A stretch of 64,000 nt of DNA from Selaginella moellendorffii (lineage: Eukaryota; Plantae; Lycopodiophyta), in contig NW_003314297.1 of assembly GCF_000143415.4 (NCBI RefSeq), positions 558,001 through 622,000 on the forward strand, in the 5' to 3' direction. Position numbers and translations under genes: made by a program. The first letter of the stretch is position 1, and each line of letters begins with the position of its first letter. Below, one piece after another: positions 1-12,845 of this stretch. The notes under the pieces are model-generated. The model ran no database searches. It saw only the letters and a program-made list of their open reading frames with translations, and had not been told where the DNA came from.

Positions 1-3000
1 TTCTTTTCTCACAAGCCGTTAGCATCAAACACATTAGTGTTCCTTGGCTAACTTTGCCATTTGGATCCCTTCCATTAAATTCCATGGCCCAAACTTGGCC
101 ACTAGTCCTTTGCTCCTATCCTTGATTGTTGCACCCAGCAACATAGGATTGCTACCTCCATTTTTGAGGTATCCTTTCGGTTCCATAGCAAAGACTCTTC
201 TTTGCTAAGTCCGGAGGATGTTCACCCCTAGTACGTCTCTTTAGCATCTTCTGCTATAGGCTCTATCCATGGCCCAACTTCGTGACCCTCCCATGGGTCT
301 CTTATAGAGACTACTTTCCTTGGACTCACTATGCCATCGCACGGACATAGTTTATTTCCCTTAGGTGCTCTTCCCACTTGGTCATCATGACCAAGCCACA
401 CCACCTTAAATAGTTCAATTTCAACATTTTGAACCAGAAACTTCATTCCTTAGCCAACCAAGGACCTTGTCCTTATTTGGCCATACGATCACCTAGTGAT
501 CTCACCTTGGCACCTTAACAGAGTTGCCAAGAGGTGCTTGGTCTTCTAGACCTTTAAATTGTTGACTATAACCCCGGGGGTATCCCCCACACTTGGCGAT
601 GCACCTAAGCCAGCCCTTATGGCCAAGGGTTCATAGCAACTGAGATTAGGTGTCCCCATCTCACTCACCATGTGCTTGGTGCCACTTGCACCAAAGCGTT
701 CAAGTTAGATATGCCGAGCTTTCACATTAAGCAATCTAACCGTGCATTACGACTTCGAGGCATCCCTCGCTTAGCGGTGTGCCCAAACCAGTCTCCACAC
801 TGAGAGTCCATGACCACCAAAATATGAGTGTCCTCATATTCCAAACCATCACCACGCCCTAGTGATTTGGGACTCGAACCCAAACACTAGAGGGTTGGGA
901 CTCGAACCCAACCTTCGTATATGCATCTACGGACGGCATCACCCAGGATGCCTGGCGTGACTCCCCACGCTGGTGCACCAACTTATACTCAAAGCACGCT
1001 ATAGATCACAGTTTAGGAACCTAGTTCCTCCCCACTGCCAAGTCCTCTCACTTGACAAGCCTGTGATCATGCATGGACTCCTCCATGCTTGGCCCTATGG
1101 CCCACCCTTTTTGAAGTTATCACCTTCAACTAGGGTATTTGTTCCCCTGACTTGACAATCTCGCTTTGGCAAGTCCTCCGACCACTGTAACATGGTTCCT
1201 GCACAAGCGTGAAAGCCCTTGATCATCAACTTTCGTTCAAAGCTCTCTTTTTGAACACTCGGGAACTACTTCTCTAACCTTGATAGCCTTGCCTCATGGC
1301 AAGCTTCAAGAACACGCTTCTGCTGCGCCACTCTGATTTCGCGCGTTCCTTGAACCATTTACGCTTAGCCTTTTTAGGTACTAAACTACCTAGAATCCTC
1401 TTTGGGAACCTTGAAGGAACTTTGTCCCTTAGCTTGCTAAGGCCTCCTTTTTTGCAAGTTTTCCAATTACCATATAGTCTAACATGGACAATTCCATATT
1501 TTAGACACTCCATGGCATCACGGTTGCTAGCAGCAACACCCTCGAGCCCCCACTTGATTTTCCACTCCCAGCTAGCATAACCAACCTTGGTTATACCCTT
1601 CGATTCCTATGGTTTGGTTCTATCCCTTTACTTCTTGCTTTTGGCTTCACACCTTTCCTTCGGTCATTCTCCTCCAGACCAGAAGGATAACTTTGCACTT
1701 TCTATCATGCTTTAGCAAGTATTCTTAGGAATGAATCTACCCGATAGCCTAGGGAGTGGTTCCTCAATCCAGGTATGCTCACCCTATAATCCCACACACC
1801 GGGATTATGTTGTTGCTTACGGGCCTTTGCATGCCCATTGCTAGCCTTGCCAAAATTCCATTTTTTGGCTTTATCCAATTCGAGTAGACAGTCTTCTCCT
1901 GTCTTCGCCACTTTGGACATTTGGATAGCACCTACTATCCATCATTCTCTAAGGACTTCGTTCCTTGGGCCTTATCTACTACCCTCGCGACATCAAACAC
2001 CACCTCCTGGTGTTCTAGAGTGTTTGGGTGTTCCAATGATGGCTTCCTTGACAATGAGGATTTCCTTTTATAACATTGACTTACTATATCGCAACATAAG
2101 CAACTTATCCCCCGTAAGGGTATATCCACTTCCCTATGCCATTAAGAAGGCTTGGGTAGCTACTTTCTACCCGTTTAACCAATTATTTTGCACCTCTTGC
2201 TTAGTTGCCTTATAGTTATCAAGTTCTACAACTCATTGTTAGTGCTTCCACACCTCCATCATTATCTAGGTCACCACACTCCAACTGCATGCTTTGTAGC
2301 TTAGGCTATGCCATTCCTATTTCTATTGGGATTCTTTTGGCAAGGGGTTCTCATGAACCCACCAACATAGCCTCAAGGTATCACACCTTGGCACATTTAG
2401 TGTCTCCACACCATCAGTTCCACAAACCTACCTCTATGACACTTCTTCTTTGTGTCTAAGTCTTTGCCAAGACCAATACCACTCTTTCTCATGCCAACCA
2501 TCCGTTAGCATTACACCATAGAGGTCAGACACAACTTTGTGTCAAAGTTGTTTTCTTTTTGGGAACACCTTTCCCACGACTTTAGCATGACACATTTTGC
2601 CATCGATGAGATACCCTCTGTTCTCATCCTTGGATCCTATGATCCCCCCCCATCCTTCGTGGGGTACAACACACTTCAGTCCAAATGCTTCCATCAATCC
2701 TTTTAGGACCATCCCTTGACTCTACTTGAGTCATCCAACAGTTTTGGACTTGGTTAATCCACAAACCTGTAAGGTCTTACTTGTGAGGCACTAGCTCACT
2801 GGAATACACTTATTGCATTCCTGTCCTACTCAAAAGGACTATTTTCACAAGTGTTACTCTAACACTTGATTTTGTTCTTTGGGGATAACCTTTGCCCCTT
2901 AGGACTACTTGTCCATGTGATGAGAATACCAACTCATCTCTAAATACACCCCCCAACTCCTTGGGTCGTTCCAGCATTTATTAAAAGTAGTCCCGACTAC

Positions 3001-3456
3001 CATTTCAAGGACTTGAGTCCTTTTCCGTATTTGACCTCCCACAGTCATTACCTTTGGTCTCACATTCATGAGCACCAACCTCAACTATATGAGGATAATC
3101 TTGTGACTCCTTTATTGTTTTGGAGTCTACATCTTTCCCGTGATCCCAACTGTAGTTTTTTATCACAACTACGTTAGCCCGTTTGCTGCGTCAAACGCTC
3201 ATTTGGATCACATCCTCAGCTCTCTGAGGAGACCTTATACAGTTCCCAAGATCCCAAAGTCGTTCCATTATTGGCCCTTTTCTATCCACCACATTGTGCC
3301 CAAGTTCACGCATGAACTTGAGTGGAGAGCCATGTCCTCTCGACATGCTACTCCTCCAGGATAGGCCCATTCCTAGGACCTTCCGATGCCAACATCAATG
3401 GTGATATACTTGAGCACCAATAAAAGTTGGACTAAGGAACAGCTCCGATACCAAAT
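1..3456 (-). mobile_element. Internal region of an LTR retrotransposon with no intact ORF (decayed or non-autonomous); left part runs off the window
   Basis: Reverse-complement PBS gctccgatacca (tRNA-Met type) at 3442-3453, three bases before TGTAAG at 3457; no long ORF in 1-3440. Confidence 0.7.
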
Positions 3457-4281
3457 TGTAAGCGACTAAATTTTCCATTCTACTTTAGTCACTTAACCAC
3501 ACCCTCCGACCACTTGGAGGAGTCTCAATCACAACCTCCATAAGTCCAATTCAGGACTTGGGACTTGCTAACCCCGAGAATGGCATCCATGCCACTCAAC
3601 ATTTGCACTTGGTCCAAGTGCTCCACGTGTCCGTTCCCACGACCGACACTCAAAGGTACCACCGACTTGGCAGCCTGTTACACTAAGACCATGCCCAATC
3701 ACCTTTGCCACACTGGTAGTCCAATACCACTTGCATCACAGTCTTGGCTCTCCAAGACCAGGCAAACCATCCGTGAGTGGTCATCTTAGATCCACTCCTT
3801 AGCATCCTTAGGATGCCCACCGACAAGGGGAATAACCTTCCCCAATATCCCTCTGTCAGTCCCCACTAAGTCCCTTTCTGCCCCTGGCCGTGTTTGCCGA
3901 CACTGCCACTGGATCGAGGCCCACAGGCCCAACCATTAAGTCCCACGGTCCTCTGGGACTTCCTCACCACACGACTGTGTCCTTGGTCACTACCCCAGAG
4001 GACTGCTCCTCTTCCTTTCCACAGTCTGGGCCTTTGGGACAACATTTCGAAACACCGTGGCCTTACGCGAGCCACCTGGGTACTCTCCCCGCCTTCCGCC
4101 TTTAGGTGCTCTAGCCATGGGCTTAGAGCGAGGTTCCGTTGAGCCACGCCTGGTATCCAAGTAGGTAGTGCCACCCACACTTGGACTGGGAGCATCGGCC
4201 AGTCGATCTCCCGGGGGAACTAGAGCCGGCTCTTGAACACTTCACCAAGCTACCCCGCTTGTCGGTCCGTGTTCACTCTAA

Positions 4282-4303
4282 GCTCTATTTCGTTAAAGTG
4301 GGA
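4282..4303 (+). repeat. Left terminal inverted repeat
   Basis: Exact reverse complement of 17883-17904. Confidence 0.9.
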
Positions 4304-4721
4304 ATTGTCATTATCCCACTTGTAAAATAAGGTTTCCAAACCTTTATATAGTATATAAATATAACAAAATTCAACTGCATTGAGGCACATGCCATTTTAT
4401 TTTAAACAAGGAAATGTCTACTCAATCACTTCTCCTCCCCCTGCCACTGCTTCACCTCTCTCTTCTCCTTGTCATCGTCGTCCAATTTCTTTCCATCCTT
4501 TTAATATTGGCTCAGTTGCTCTGAGTCTAGGTGGAGCCCAAGTCCCCATTCAATCTTTACTTTCCCCTTATTAATAAAACAACTTCGTAGACTTCCAATA
4601 ATATGCTGTAACACTTCTAGTATAATGCAAATCCTCTCAAAGAATTGTCTTTTAATATTAATACAATGGCATGGAACCCCATGCCATAATAAGTTACATT
4701 TTTAAATAAATACATGCCATC

Positions 4722-5584
4722 TCAGACTGTTATTTTTTGCCTCCAACGCCTATACAATAATCTTGGAATTTCATCACTCTCCACACTATCAGGATTTAAA
4801 CCCAATAGTAATGCCATCTCTTCTCTAATACGTCCACGCTCATGTTCAGTGGTCGAAGAACCCATCCGGTTGAGCAGATTATGGAGATGCGGATAGTGCT
4901 TGGCTAGACAATATACATGCCATAAATGATGACTGGTGTCTGTCCGATCAAATGGCTTCTGATATACCGTTCCATCTGCCATTTGGTTGATTTCTGCAGC
5001 CACCTCCTGGACTGGCCGGTTCTCTATCACCATCGCTTCAAGCCGTTTTGCAAGGTCCCCCAGAACATACGATTTCTTCTCCCTAGTTTCCATACTGCAA
5101 GAGATGGGGTGCACTGCATATGTGTGCGTGTTCGCTGCAGTTTTAATCGGCGAGTCATCGATGATGAGGATTTCACTTGACCTAGCAGTCCGGTTCATCA
5201 CTACAGCCTCTGCCTTGACGAAGATGGGCTTGCTACCCCTCACATGGACCATAGTCAAGCAATCCTCCTGCGTTAGGAGAAAGTCAAATGGTAATATTAC
5301 TCGCGTCTGATCGTGCATCATCTGTAGCAACGTTAATGCATTGTGGCGCATCATGGATGTCCAAACTCCCAATTGCAAATTGAACCCGACCCTCTGTTTT
5401 AAGTGTCGCATGGTCATTATTAGATCCTGCAGTTTCTCCCGTGTGATTAATGTGAATCTGTCTCTTTTGACCAACTTGCGACCGCAGGCTTTGGAGGGTG
5501 CAGTGACATTCGAGGACGAGCCACGCTCATGGGAGAAAAGGACACCGTTCAGATCAAAAACGATATAGTACTTTCGCCGTGACT
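4722..5584 (-). CDS. Terminal exon encoding an FCP1-homology (NIF, HAD-superfamily) phosphatase-like domain
   Basis: IVFDLNGVL (motif I variant), GVWTSM (II), KPIFVK (III), ILIIDDSPIK (IV). Confidence 0.8.
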
Positions 5585-8500
5585 CTGAAATGAAATGCGT
5601 CAGCATAAAAAATGGTACAAGTCAATTTTACCATCTACAATATTAGCGAATGGTGCTCCCGATGGTCGTTCAGAGGGTTTTGGTCGAGGAAACGTGAAGG
5701 GCGGAAATACTCTCCTCTGCAATGTGGGGTCAATTGCATCCGATGGCGTGTGGGCACATGCCATTTCAGCTGTAGACTCTGGTACAACTGGCTCAACAGT
5801 GGTATGGGGTGGTTCCGATGGCGTGTGATCACACGCCATTTCAGCTGGTGCCTCCGTTGGCAAAGTGGACATGACCGAACAGGCAGCAGGGGCGGTGTAG
5901 GGAGGTTCCAACGGCGCGTAGTCAGACGATTGGGCACAAGTTGGAAATGAGGATACAACCGGCTCGGCGGCTGGGGCGGCCTCATGCGGGTCCAATGGCG
6001 CCTGGTCACCGTCAGTTGGATACGTGGACAAGATTGACTCAGTGGTATGGGCAGCATCAAGTGGAGCGTGGTTAGCTTGCTTGGCGTTGATATGGATAGT
6101 AGCCTCCACCAACTCTGATGACTCTTGCAGGCAAGTAGAGTCCACTGGCGGATCCATATGCATGTCCAAATATCTCCCTTCGATTGAGATGGTATCCTCC
6201 CGTGCTACTAAAAACAAACTCATTAGCACATTGAATCGACTATACTATATTTACCATCAACTGCTATTGAGGAACTAGGACCGATATCACTTGGGCGCAC
6301 TGCTGATTCTGAAGGATTGGACATACGTTTCGACCCTTGCTTGGCACTATCCTTCCTCGACACTAAAGGCTAGAGTTTGTATCTTAATTCAACTGAATAA
6401 TCTCTACTTACCATTTCTTCTGCGACCTACATGGACAATGTTAGAAATGGTAAAAGGTTAGGAATGGATGTACTATTATTTACCTGATGGTTTGTCTTGT
6501 ATGACCTTCCTCCGCTGCTCTTTGGCCACCTCAGGCTGGCCATCGTCGTCATCATCGTCATCGTCGTTATTGTGATCGTCACCATTGTGAGGACCATCCA
6601 AGTCCTCTTCGTCCTCCTCTTCTTCATCCTCCTTTTCTTCGTCCTCCTCTTCTTTGTCCTCCTTTTCGTCCTTCTGCTCTTCCTGCTCATTATCTTTCTC
6701 TAGCTCCTCATCCCCCTCTTGCATTTCTTCCATAGGCTGCTCAGGCTGGATTGCTTGTTTTTCCAGGACCATCTTGGAAAAATCATCTGGCCGAGTCTCC
6801 ATCTCAAAATACAAGACATCCATAGCCTGTTTTAGTGCGTGACCTAGGACCGTATCCTCACCCGACTGTCTTAACATGGTTTCTGCACGTTCTTGCATCC
6901 TTCGAAGACGACGAGATGAGAAAAACGTGGCCCTGACTTGAAAAGCATCCCTCATCCATTGTACCTCTCCATTGAGATTGGGGAAGGGGAGTCCGCCATA
7001 GGAATCTGAGTCAGAAGGTGGTGACTGGCTCCTTTCACTCAGCCCTTGATCTGCAATGAATGGCATGAGCACACACGCCATAACCGCGAGGCATTACCTA
7101 TCATCTTTTCGTTGCCCTTCTTCCTTTTCGAATCAAACGCCTCTGATCCCGATGACTGTCCAACGTGCTTTCGCTTTTTATGACCACTGTCAGTTTGAGC
7201 TTGGCTGGTGCTTGCCTGTTTTGCCTTTGAAGAAGTGTCTCCTGCAAGGAATGGCATGAGACCACACGCCATTGCAAATATAATTTGTACCTCCTTTTTT
7301 CCTATTGCTTGTCTGTTTGTCCTTCTTCGACGCGCCACCAGTGCGCTTTTCAGTCCTCGTGTCTGAATATTCACAACGATCTATAATCAAAATGGCGTGA
7401 GGCCTCACGTGACCTTACCTTGTGCAGGTTGTGACCTCGGCCTAACATCAGTAGCTGTTAACGCCGTTTCAGCATCTGGGGGTGGCCACGCTCCTGCATA
7501 CAGAGCTTGTGAGATAACATTTAAACTTAAAGTGCGTACTCACCAGGTTCGTAGAGAAGATACTGTTTTTCTTTGGCAACTGTAATTATATGCTCCATTG
7601 AAGTCACCTCTTCAATGGAGTTTGTCACCGCAACACACGGGACACCCTTGAGTAGTGCGGCTCGAAAGAATAGTCCGCCGCAGTTGTACTCGACAACGCA
7701 TTTGCCCTTGGAGTCACCCGCTATTGCGTTGAAGACCCAGCTGAGCATTTCCCATGCTGCACCTGGAGCTTTCTTTGGATTCGAAAGTTCCATAGCCGTC
7801 TTCAGTTCCTCAGGCACGGGTAAATTGACCTCCCTCAGATCAATTCGATCGGCTTTGTTGAACGAAGCTGGGAAGTCACTCCAGTCCCACTCTGCTGCAG
7901 GACCAATAACAAGGGCGACTGTGAAGATGCGGACATTCGTCGGTATTTTCTTCTTAGCCATTATCCCATGGATCTCCCGCATCTCCTTGCCTTTCAACCG
8001 AGCCTTCACCTCGTTCAAGGCCTTCCAGAACTTGTGATAGGATTCGGAGTCGTAGATCATATAGTGGACTGAAGATTCCACCTCCGCAAGTCCCACCATT
8101 AAGTCAATGATGGAGCTGACTTCGTCTGCATGAGTGATCTCCTCGTTTGTGAAGTCCATCATACAAAAGATGTTCTTGACCTGCTCATCTCCGCGGGAAA
8201 CGATGCTCCTCCACCTTTGATCCTCATCCGAATTCACGTATACCCGGTAAGGTTCTCGATAGGCCTCTACTGCGGGGTCGAGCTGTTTCTAAAGCCGGCG
8301 GTTGACATCCCTCTTAATGAAATTTGGATACTGATCTAACTTCTCAGCTTTACTTTTCGTGGCATCCCGCAGCAGATCGATGAACTTGGGGGCCCCCTTC
8401 ACGTACTCGTCGATGTCTTCATTTGACAAGTCCAGCTCTTCCATCATCTCTTGCGTGGTGTCGATGCTCACCCTCGCCACGGCCACTTGCTCAAAGATCC

Positions 8501-10090
8501 AATCCTTCAATAGCGCACGAGCTCTCAGAGTCGTGCACAAGTCCTCGTATGTCACAATATGGCCGGGAGTCATTTTGGTCTTGTTGAAGACTACCTCACC
8601 ACGTAGAAGAGCATTAGCCACTGTCAGAAGGTCGTCGTCGTCTAGAGACCGCAAGAAACGCAAGGCGTTGAGCTTCAAATCATTGGGCTTCCGGCCGTCC
8701 TCCACACCCATTGAGTTTAGCAACTCCCCGTCATGGTACCTCCTTAGCACATCTACCCATTTGTCAAAAACAACTTTTGTCGCGAGTAGAATGTTATGGA
8801 TGCTGAGTGTATCATTGACCCCCAGTGTTTTCGAGAGAAGACTCGAGAATTCCTGCAATGGAAATGGCGTGAGGCCACATGCTATGCCACATGCAACGAG
8901 GCTTACCTGCCAGGCGCTAGTTGCTAGTGCACGTCCTTGTCCTGGTTTTTGTGGCTTCTTCAGTTGAACCCAGAGCTTCCGTGTTCGTGCCAATGTCTCG
9001 TGCAGACCCGATTTGTAGCACGTTTCTTGCTTGACATTCTGCGCGTGGGAGATGTATATGATAGATCGGAGGGGCGAGTTGCCTTTTATCAGGCGGACAA
9101 CTCTTGTCTTGAAGACTTTCTTCACCTCCTCGCCCACCATAATATCCACAACTATCTGTTGCATCGCCAAGCTAGAATGCTGCCCGGAGACGGCATAGAA
9201 CCGGATGTTCTGATCGTCCAACACCTTCCTATTGATCAAGTCTGGAAACCTCGTCTCGCCCTTCATTGTTCGGTAGTAGGGGATCACGTCTGCGATGTCG
9301 GGTGTTACTGGACTTGCCAGCATCTTCTGCTTCAGTTTCTCCACCCACTCATCAGATACTAGCCTGTGGTTGTATTTGCTTTGGATCTCGATACGGCTCA
9401 CGTCGATTGTATATACTTTGTTGGAATAGTAACAAGTACTATTATCTGCGACGATTTTTGCTGCCTCTTCTTGCTCTTTCTGCTCTTTGCGGCTCTTCTT
9501 TTTGGTGGGTGTAGTGTTCGAACCCGAGGCAATGGCATCACCGAGTAGCTTCTTTTTTGGAGCAGCAGAGTCGGACGTCGGCTTGAGCTTGACCACCCTT
9601 TTCTGCTTCGGGGTAGTTTCCAGATCAACCCCCTTCCCCTTCGCTTCGCAAACTGGAGGCACTCTCAACGGCTCAATGTTGGAATATAGTTTTTGAACAT
9701 CGCCGTAGGTGAGGTCCGTGGATTCCATGTGATCTTCATAGACCCGCAGCGTCTTTGAAATTGTGGGCCTCCTGGACAACCTCTCCCTAGCTCCCTCTAG
9801 GAATTCCTCATAGCCGCTGCCCCCCTCCGGGAAGCCGCTAGGATGTGCAAGGTGGATCTTGAAGGCGGACGTTGTCTCTACCACAAGTGCCAGTCCATAT
9901 TCTTGCATGGAACTGCATGGAGTGTCTGTCACTTGGATGAGGATCCCCATGCATTCTTTTCTCCCACCATCTGTGTTGTACAGCATCAGATCCTCACCTT
10001 CCATCCCGAAAGTCTAACTGGTGAGCTCCTCCCCCTTCTCTGCATCCACATTGACAGTGGCTGGAAGAAGAACGCAATTCCTCGCCTGTT
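4722..10090 (-). pseudogene. Multi-exon cargo gene: ParB-like domain + methyltransferase-like fold + acidic linker + FCP1/NIF-type HAD phosphatase; two in-frame TAG stops
   Basis: GT-AG introns at 8853-8906, 7494-7543, 7381-7418, 7242-7290, 7051-7097, 6427-6483, 6363-6411, 6208-6254 and 5585-5631 join the listed ORFs in one frame (about 1615 codons from ATG 10004). Motifs: RFYAVSGQH (ParB/DGQHR-like), VVEYNCGG..AALLKG (methyltransferase motif I-like), DLNGVL / WTS / IIDDSP (HAD). TAG at 8289-8291 and 10014-10016. The 5' end is not resolved. Confidence 0.7.
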
Positions 10091-11880
10091 CAGAAATGCA
10101 CAACAATTAGAGCTGACAGATGAAAAGCTAGCAACTAGAAATAACGTGAGGCCACACGCCATTCACCACTGCATCAGATGTCTTGAGGCTGCATCCTAAG
10201 ATGGCGTGAGGCTACACGCCATCTGTAACCGGATTGCACTCGAGAGCCCAATCGGTGCATGCCAATGTTGCTACTGAATGGCATGTGGCCTCATGCCATT
10301 TTCTACTTCGTCTAAAAGACTTACCATTTGAAGCCGAATGGAGGCCGTGACAATCGAGGCCGGACTCGCTGGCGAATGTGCACTGTGTGTGCAGCGGATC
10401 GTAGCAGCAAGGCTACTCTGCCACTTACAGTTGGAGAGTGGCGCTGAAATCTCCCGGGACGCCAAGTGGGCTGCGTGTGGGTGGCGGAGTGGGCGGCGGA
10501 GTTGTCGGCGAAGTTACAAACTGGGTGTGTCTTGAAGTGGACACCGATGCACACGAGCGCGATGCGAGCGCGAGTGTGATGCAAGCGCGAGTGGACGCCG
10601 ATGCACACGAGAAACCTGTAGAGAAGTGAGCGTGATCGCGAGTGGGAGAGCGAGTGTGATGCGAGCGCGAGCGCGAGTACAAAGCAAAATGCAAAACCTA
10701 ACCTCACACGCGCGAAATGTCACAACGGTTGGTAATCCCGCCACGTCATCATTCCTCGGACTTGGGCGCCACCATTAATTTCTGGATTGCCGCGCGCATG
10801 CAAGCACGCAAAATCCAAAAGAAATCCGCAACGTCATCATTTCTCGGACTGCATGCACGCGAAATCCAAAAGAAAGATCATGATTAGGATATCATTTAAT
10901 TTATACCATGCATGATTGGATATTCCAAAGCATCTTGTATTTCCAAAAATGGCAGATGTTCAGCTAAATAAAGAAATTCTATCTGTTTCTATTTTTCTCT
11001 CAAATCAATATTATAGCGTGTGGGCTCATGCAATTTTGAACCAAAGAAACCCAAAAAACGTTGGACCCAAAATATTTTGAAAAAACCCAAAAAACCCTAA
11101 ACATTTTAAACCCAAAAATCCAGGCGTCCTGTGGCGTTAATCCTTCAATGGCATGTGGGCGCATGCCATTTTCAGGGCCAAATGCTGAATGGAGAAAAAT
11201 TCCCTTTCAGTGCAAATGCTGCAAGAGGCAGATGCCGAGCACAAAGGACTGTAACTACCTCACATGACACAGATAAACTTTTCTCTATTTGGCAAAGATA
11301 AACTTTATAGCGTGTGGGCTCATGCAATTTTGAACCCAAAAAATGCACCAAAAAATTCTCGGCGTCATCTGGCATTATCTCTTGAATGGCGTGGGGCCGC
11401 ATGCCATTTTCAGGGGCACATAGGAGTATATTCCTAGGATATTCTGACACACGCGAGACTTTTTTGAGTTTTCTGAAGATCCAACCGTTAGATCGCAACT
11501 AGATTTTACAGAATGGTATACAATGTCTTTCTTGATGACCCTGCAAAGAAGCATCTCGATCGGACACCACATGAGACCACACGAGCCTTACAATGTTTCA
11601 GGGGCATTTGCCATAGATCCAACCGTTATTTTGCTCCAAGATTTTACAGTTTGGTGTGCATTGACCTTTCCATCGAAACTGCAAAGGGACATCACAATCA
11701 GATGCGGGATCACAAGAAACTAACTTCACTAACTCTGGTTTCACCAAGATGTACGTAAGGAGTTATAAAATGAAAGGACCCTCTCTATTGAAATGTGTTT
11801 ATGGTCCTAGGGGCATTGTGATATATCAAAGGATTTTGCATCAAGTTCTGTATTTGCATGTTTATCAAGCTACTGAATTG

Positions 11881-11914
11881 CTAAACCCTAAACCCTAAAC
11901 CCTAAACCCTAAAC
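11881..11914 (+). repeat. Interstitial plant telomeric repeat (CCCTAAA), ~4.5 units
   Basis: ctaaaccctaaaccctaaaccctaaaccctaaac. Confidence 0.9.
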
Positions 11915-12714
11915 ATGTGGCAAATGCTGCGTGAAGAAAGATGCCCTTTCTGGGCAAATGCTGTAAGAGGCAGATGCCGAGCAGATGTATCTCAAGCTAG
12001 CGAAGGGGACAAACGAAAGCTAGCTATAAACATGACGGGATGCAAATAGATTACTAGGCTGGTCCTACGAAAATCAAAAACCATAATTGAAAACATTGAA
12101 AATGCAAAAAGAAAGGTTTATAATATTTTTGAATTTTAGGCAACCAAAGGAATGTAAGTAGGGCATGTGTTTGTAAGTTTAAAAATGCCTCAACCACTTA
12201 AATTCCCAAGTAAATAAAGCTGTTTCTATTTTTGGTACAGGTAAACTTTATAGCGTGTGGGCTCATGCAATTTTGAACCCAAAAATGCACCAAAAAATGC
12301 TCGACTAGCATTATTCTTTGAATGGCGTGTGGCCTTATATTGCCATAAATGGACGTACACACACAGCATAATTATTCCTTTACACGGCGAATAATCTTGG
12401 CGCGGATCGCTGACATGGCATGGCAAAGTTCGAATCACTGACATGGCACAGCTGGATCGAGGCAAGGACATGATGTGACAAAGTTCAACCTCCGACAGCA
12501 AAGTCTAGAAGCTACTCAGTTTGAAATTTGTCAGAGGAATCATAAGATCTGGTTTGTCAGAGGATTTGATGTGACGTTCAAGCGTGTGTTATTTTTGAAT
12601 TCTCGAACTCATTCCTAGGTCTATCATTTTTGTGCGCCGTGTTCTTGGTTCCGCTGAGCGCAGTGAGCGCTGCTTGTGTAAGCGGCGTTGTGGGCTGTGG
12701 TTTATGCGTCTACG

Positions 12715-12845
12715 AGCGGTTGCGGCATTGCGAGCGCCATTGCGAGCGGCAGTTTATGCGAGTGGCAGTTTGTGCGAGCGGCGCTACGAGCAGTTGCGGT
12801 GTTGCGAGCGGCGCTACGAGTAGTTGCGGTGTTGCGAGCGGCACT
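12715..12845 (+). repeat. GC-rich tandem repeat (~30-bp unit) upstream of the transposase
   Basis: Repeated gcgagcggcgctacgag(c/t)agttgcggtgtt. Confidence 0.75.

Noticed and set aside
4607-4613. TGTAACA as the end of the first LTR
   Set aside because: It lies inside the TIR element; the LTR resumes at 17905 and ends at 18910.
8359-8967. Antisense ORFs over the ParB-like, chlorophyllase and Crinkler-like genes
   Set aside because: Shadow frames of the real opposite-strand coding sequence, with no motifs.
11881-11914. Chromosome end or fusion site
   Set aside because: Only ~4.5 units, internal to a transposon.
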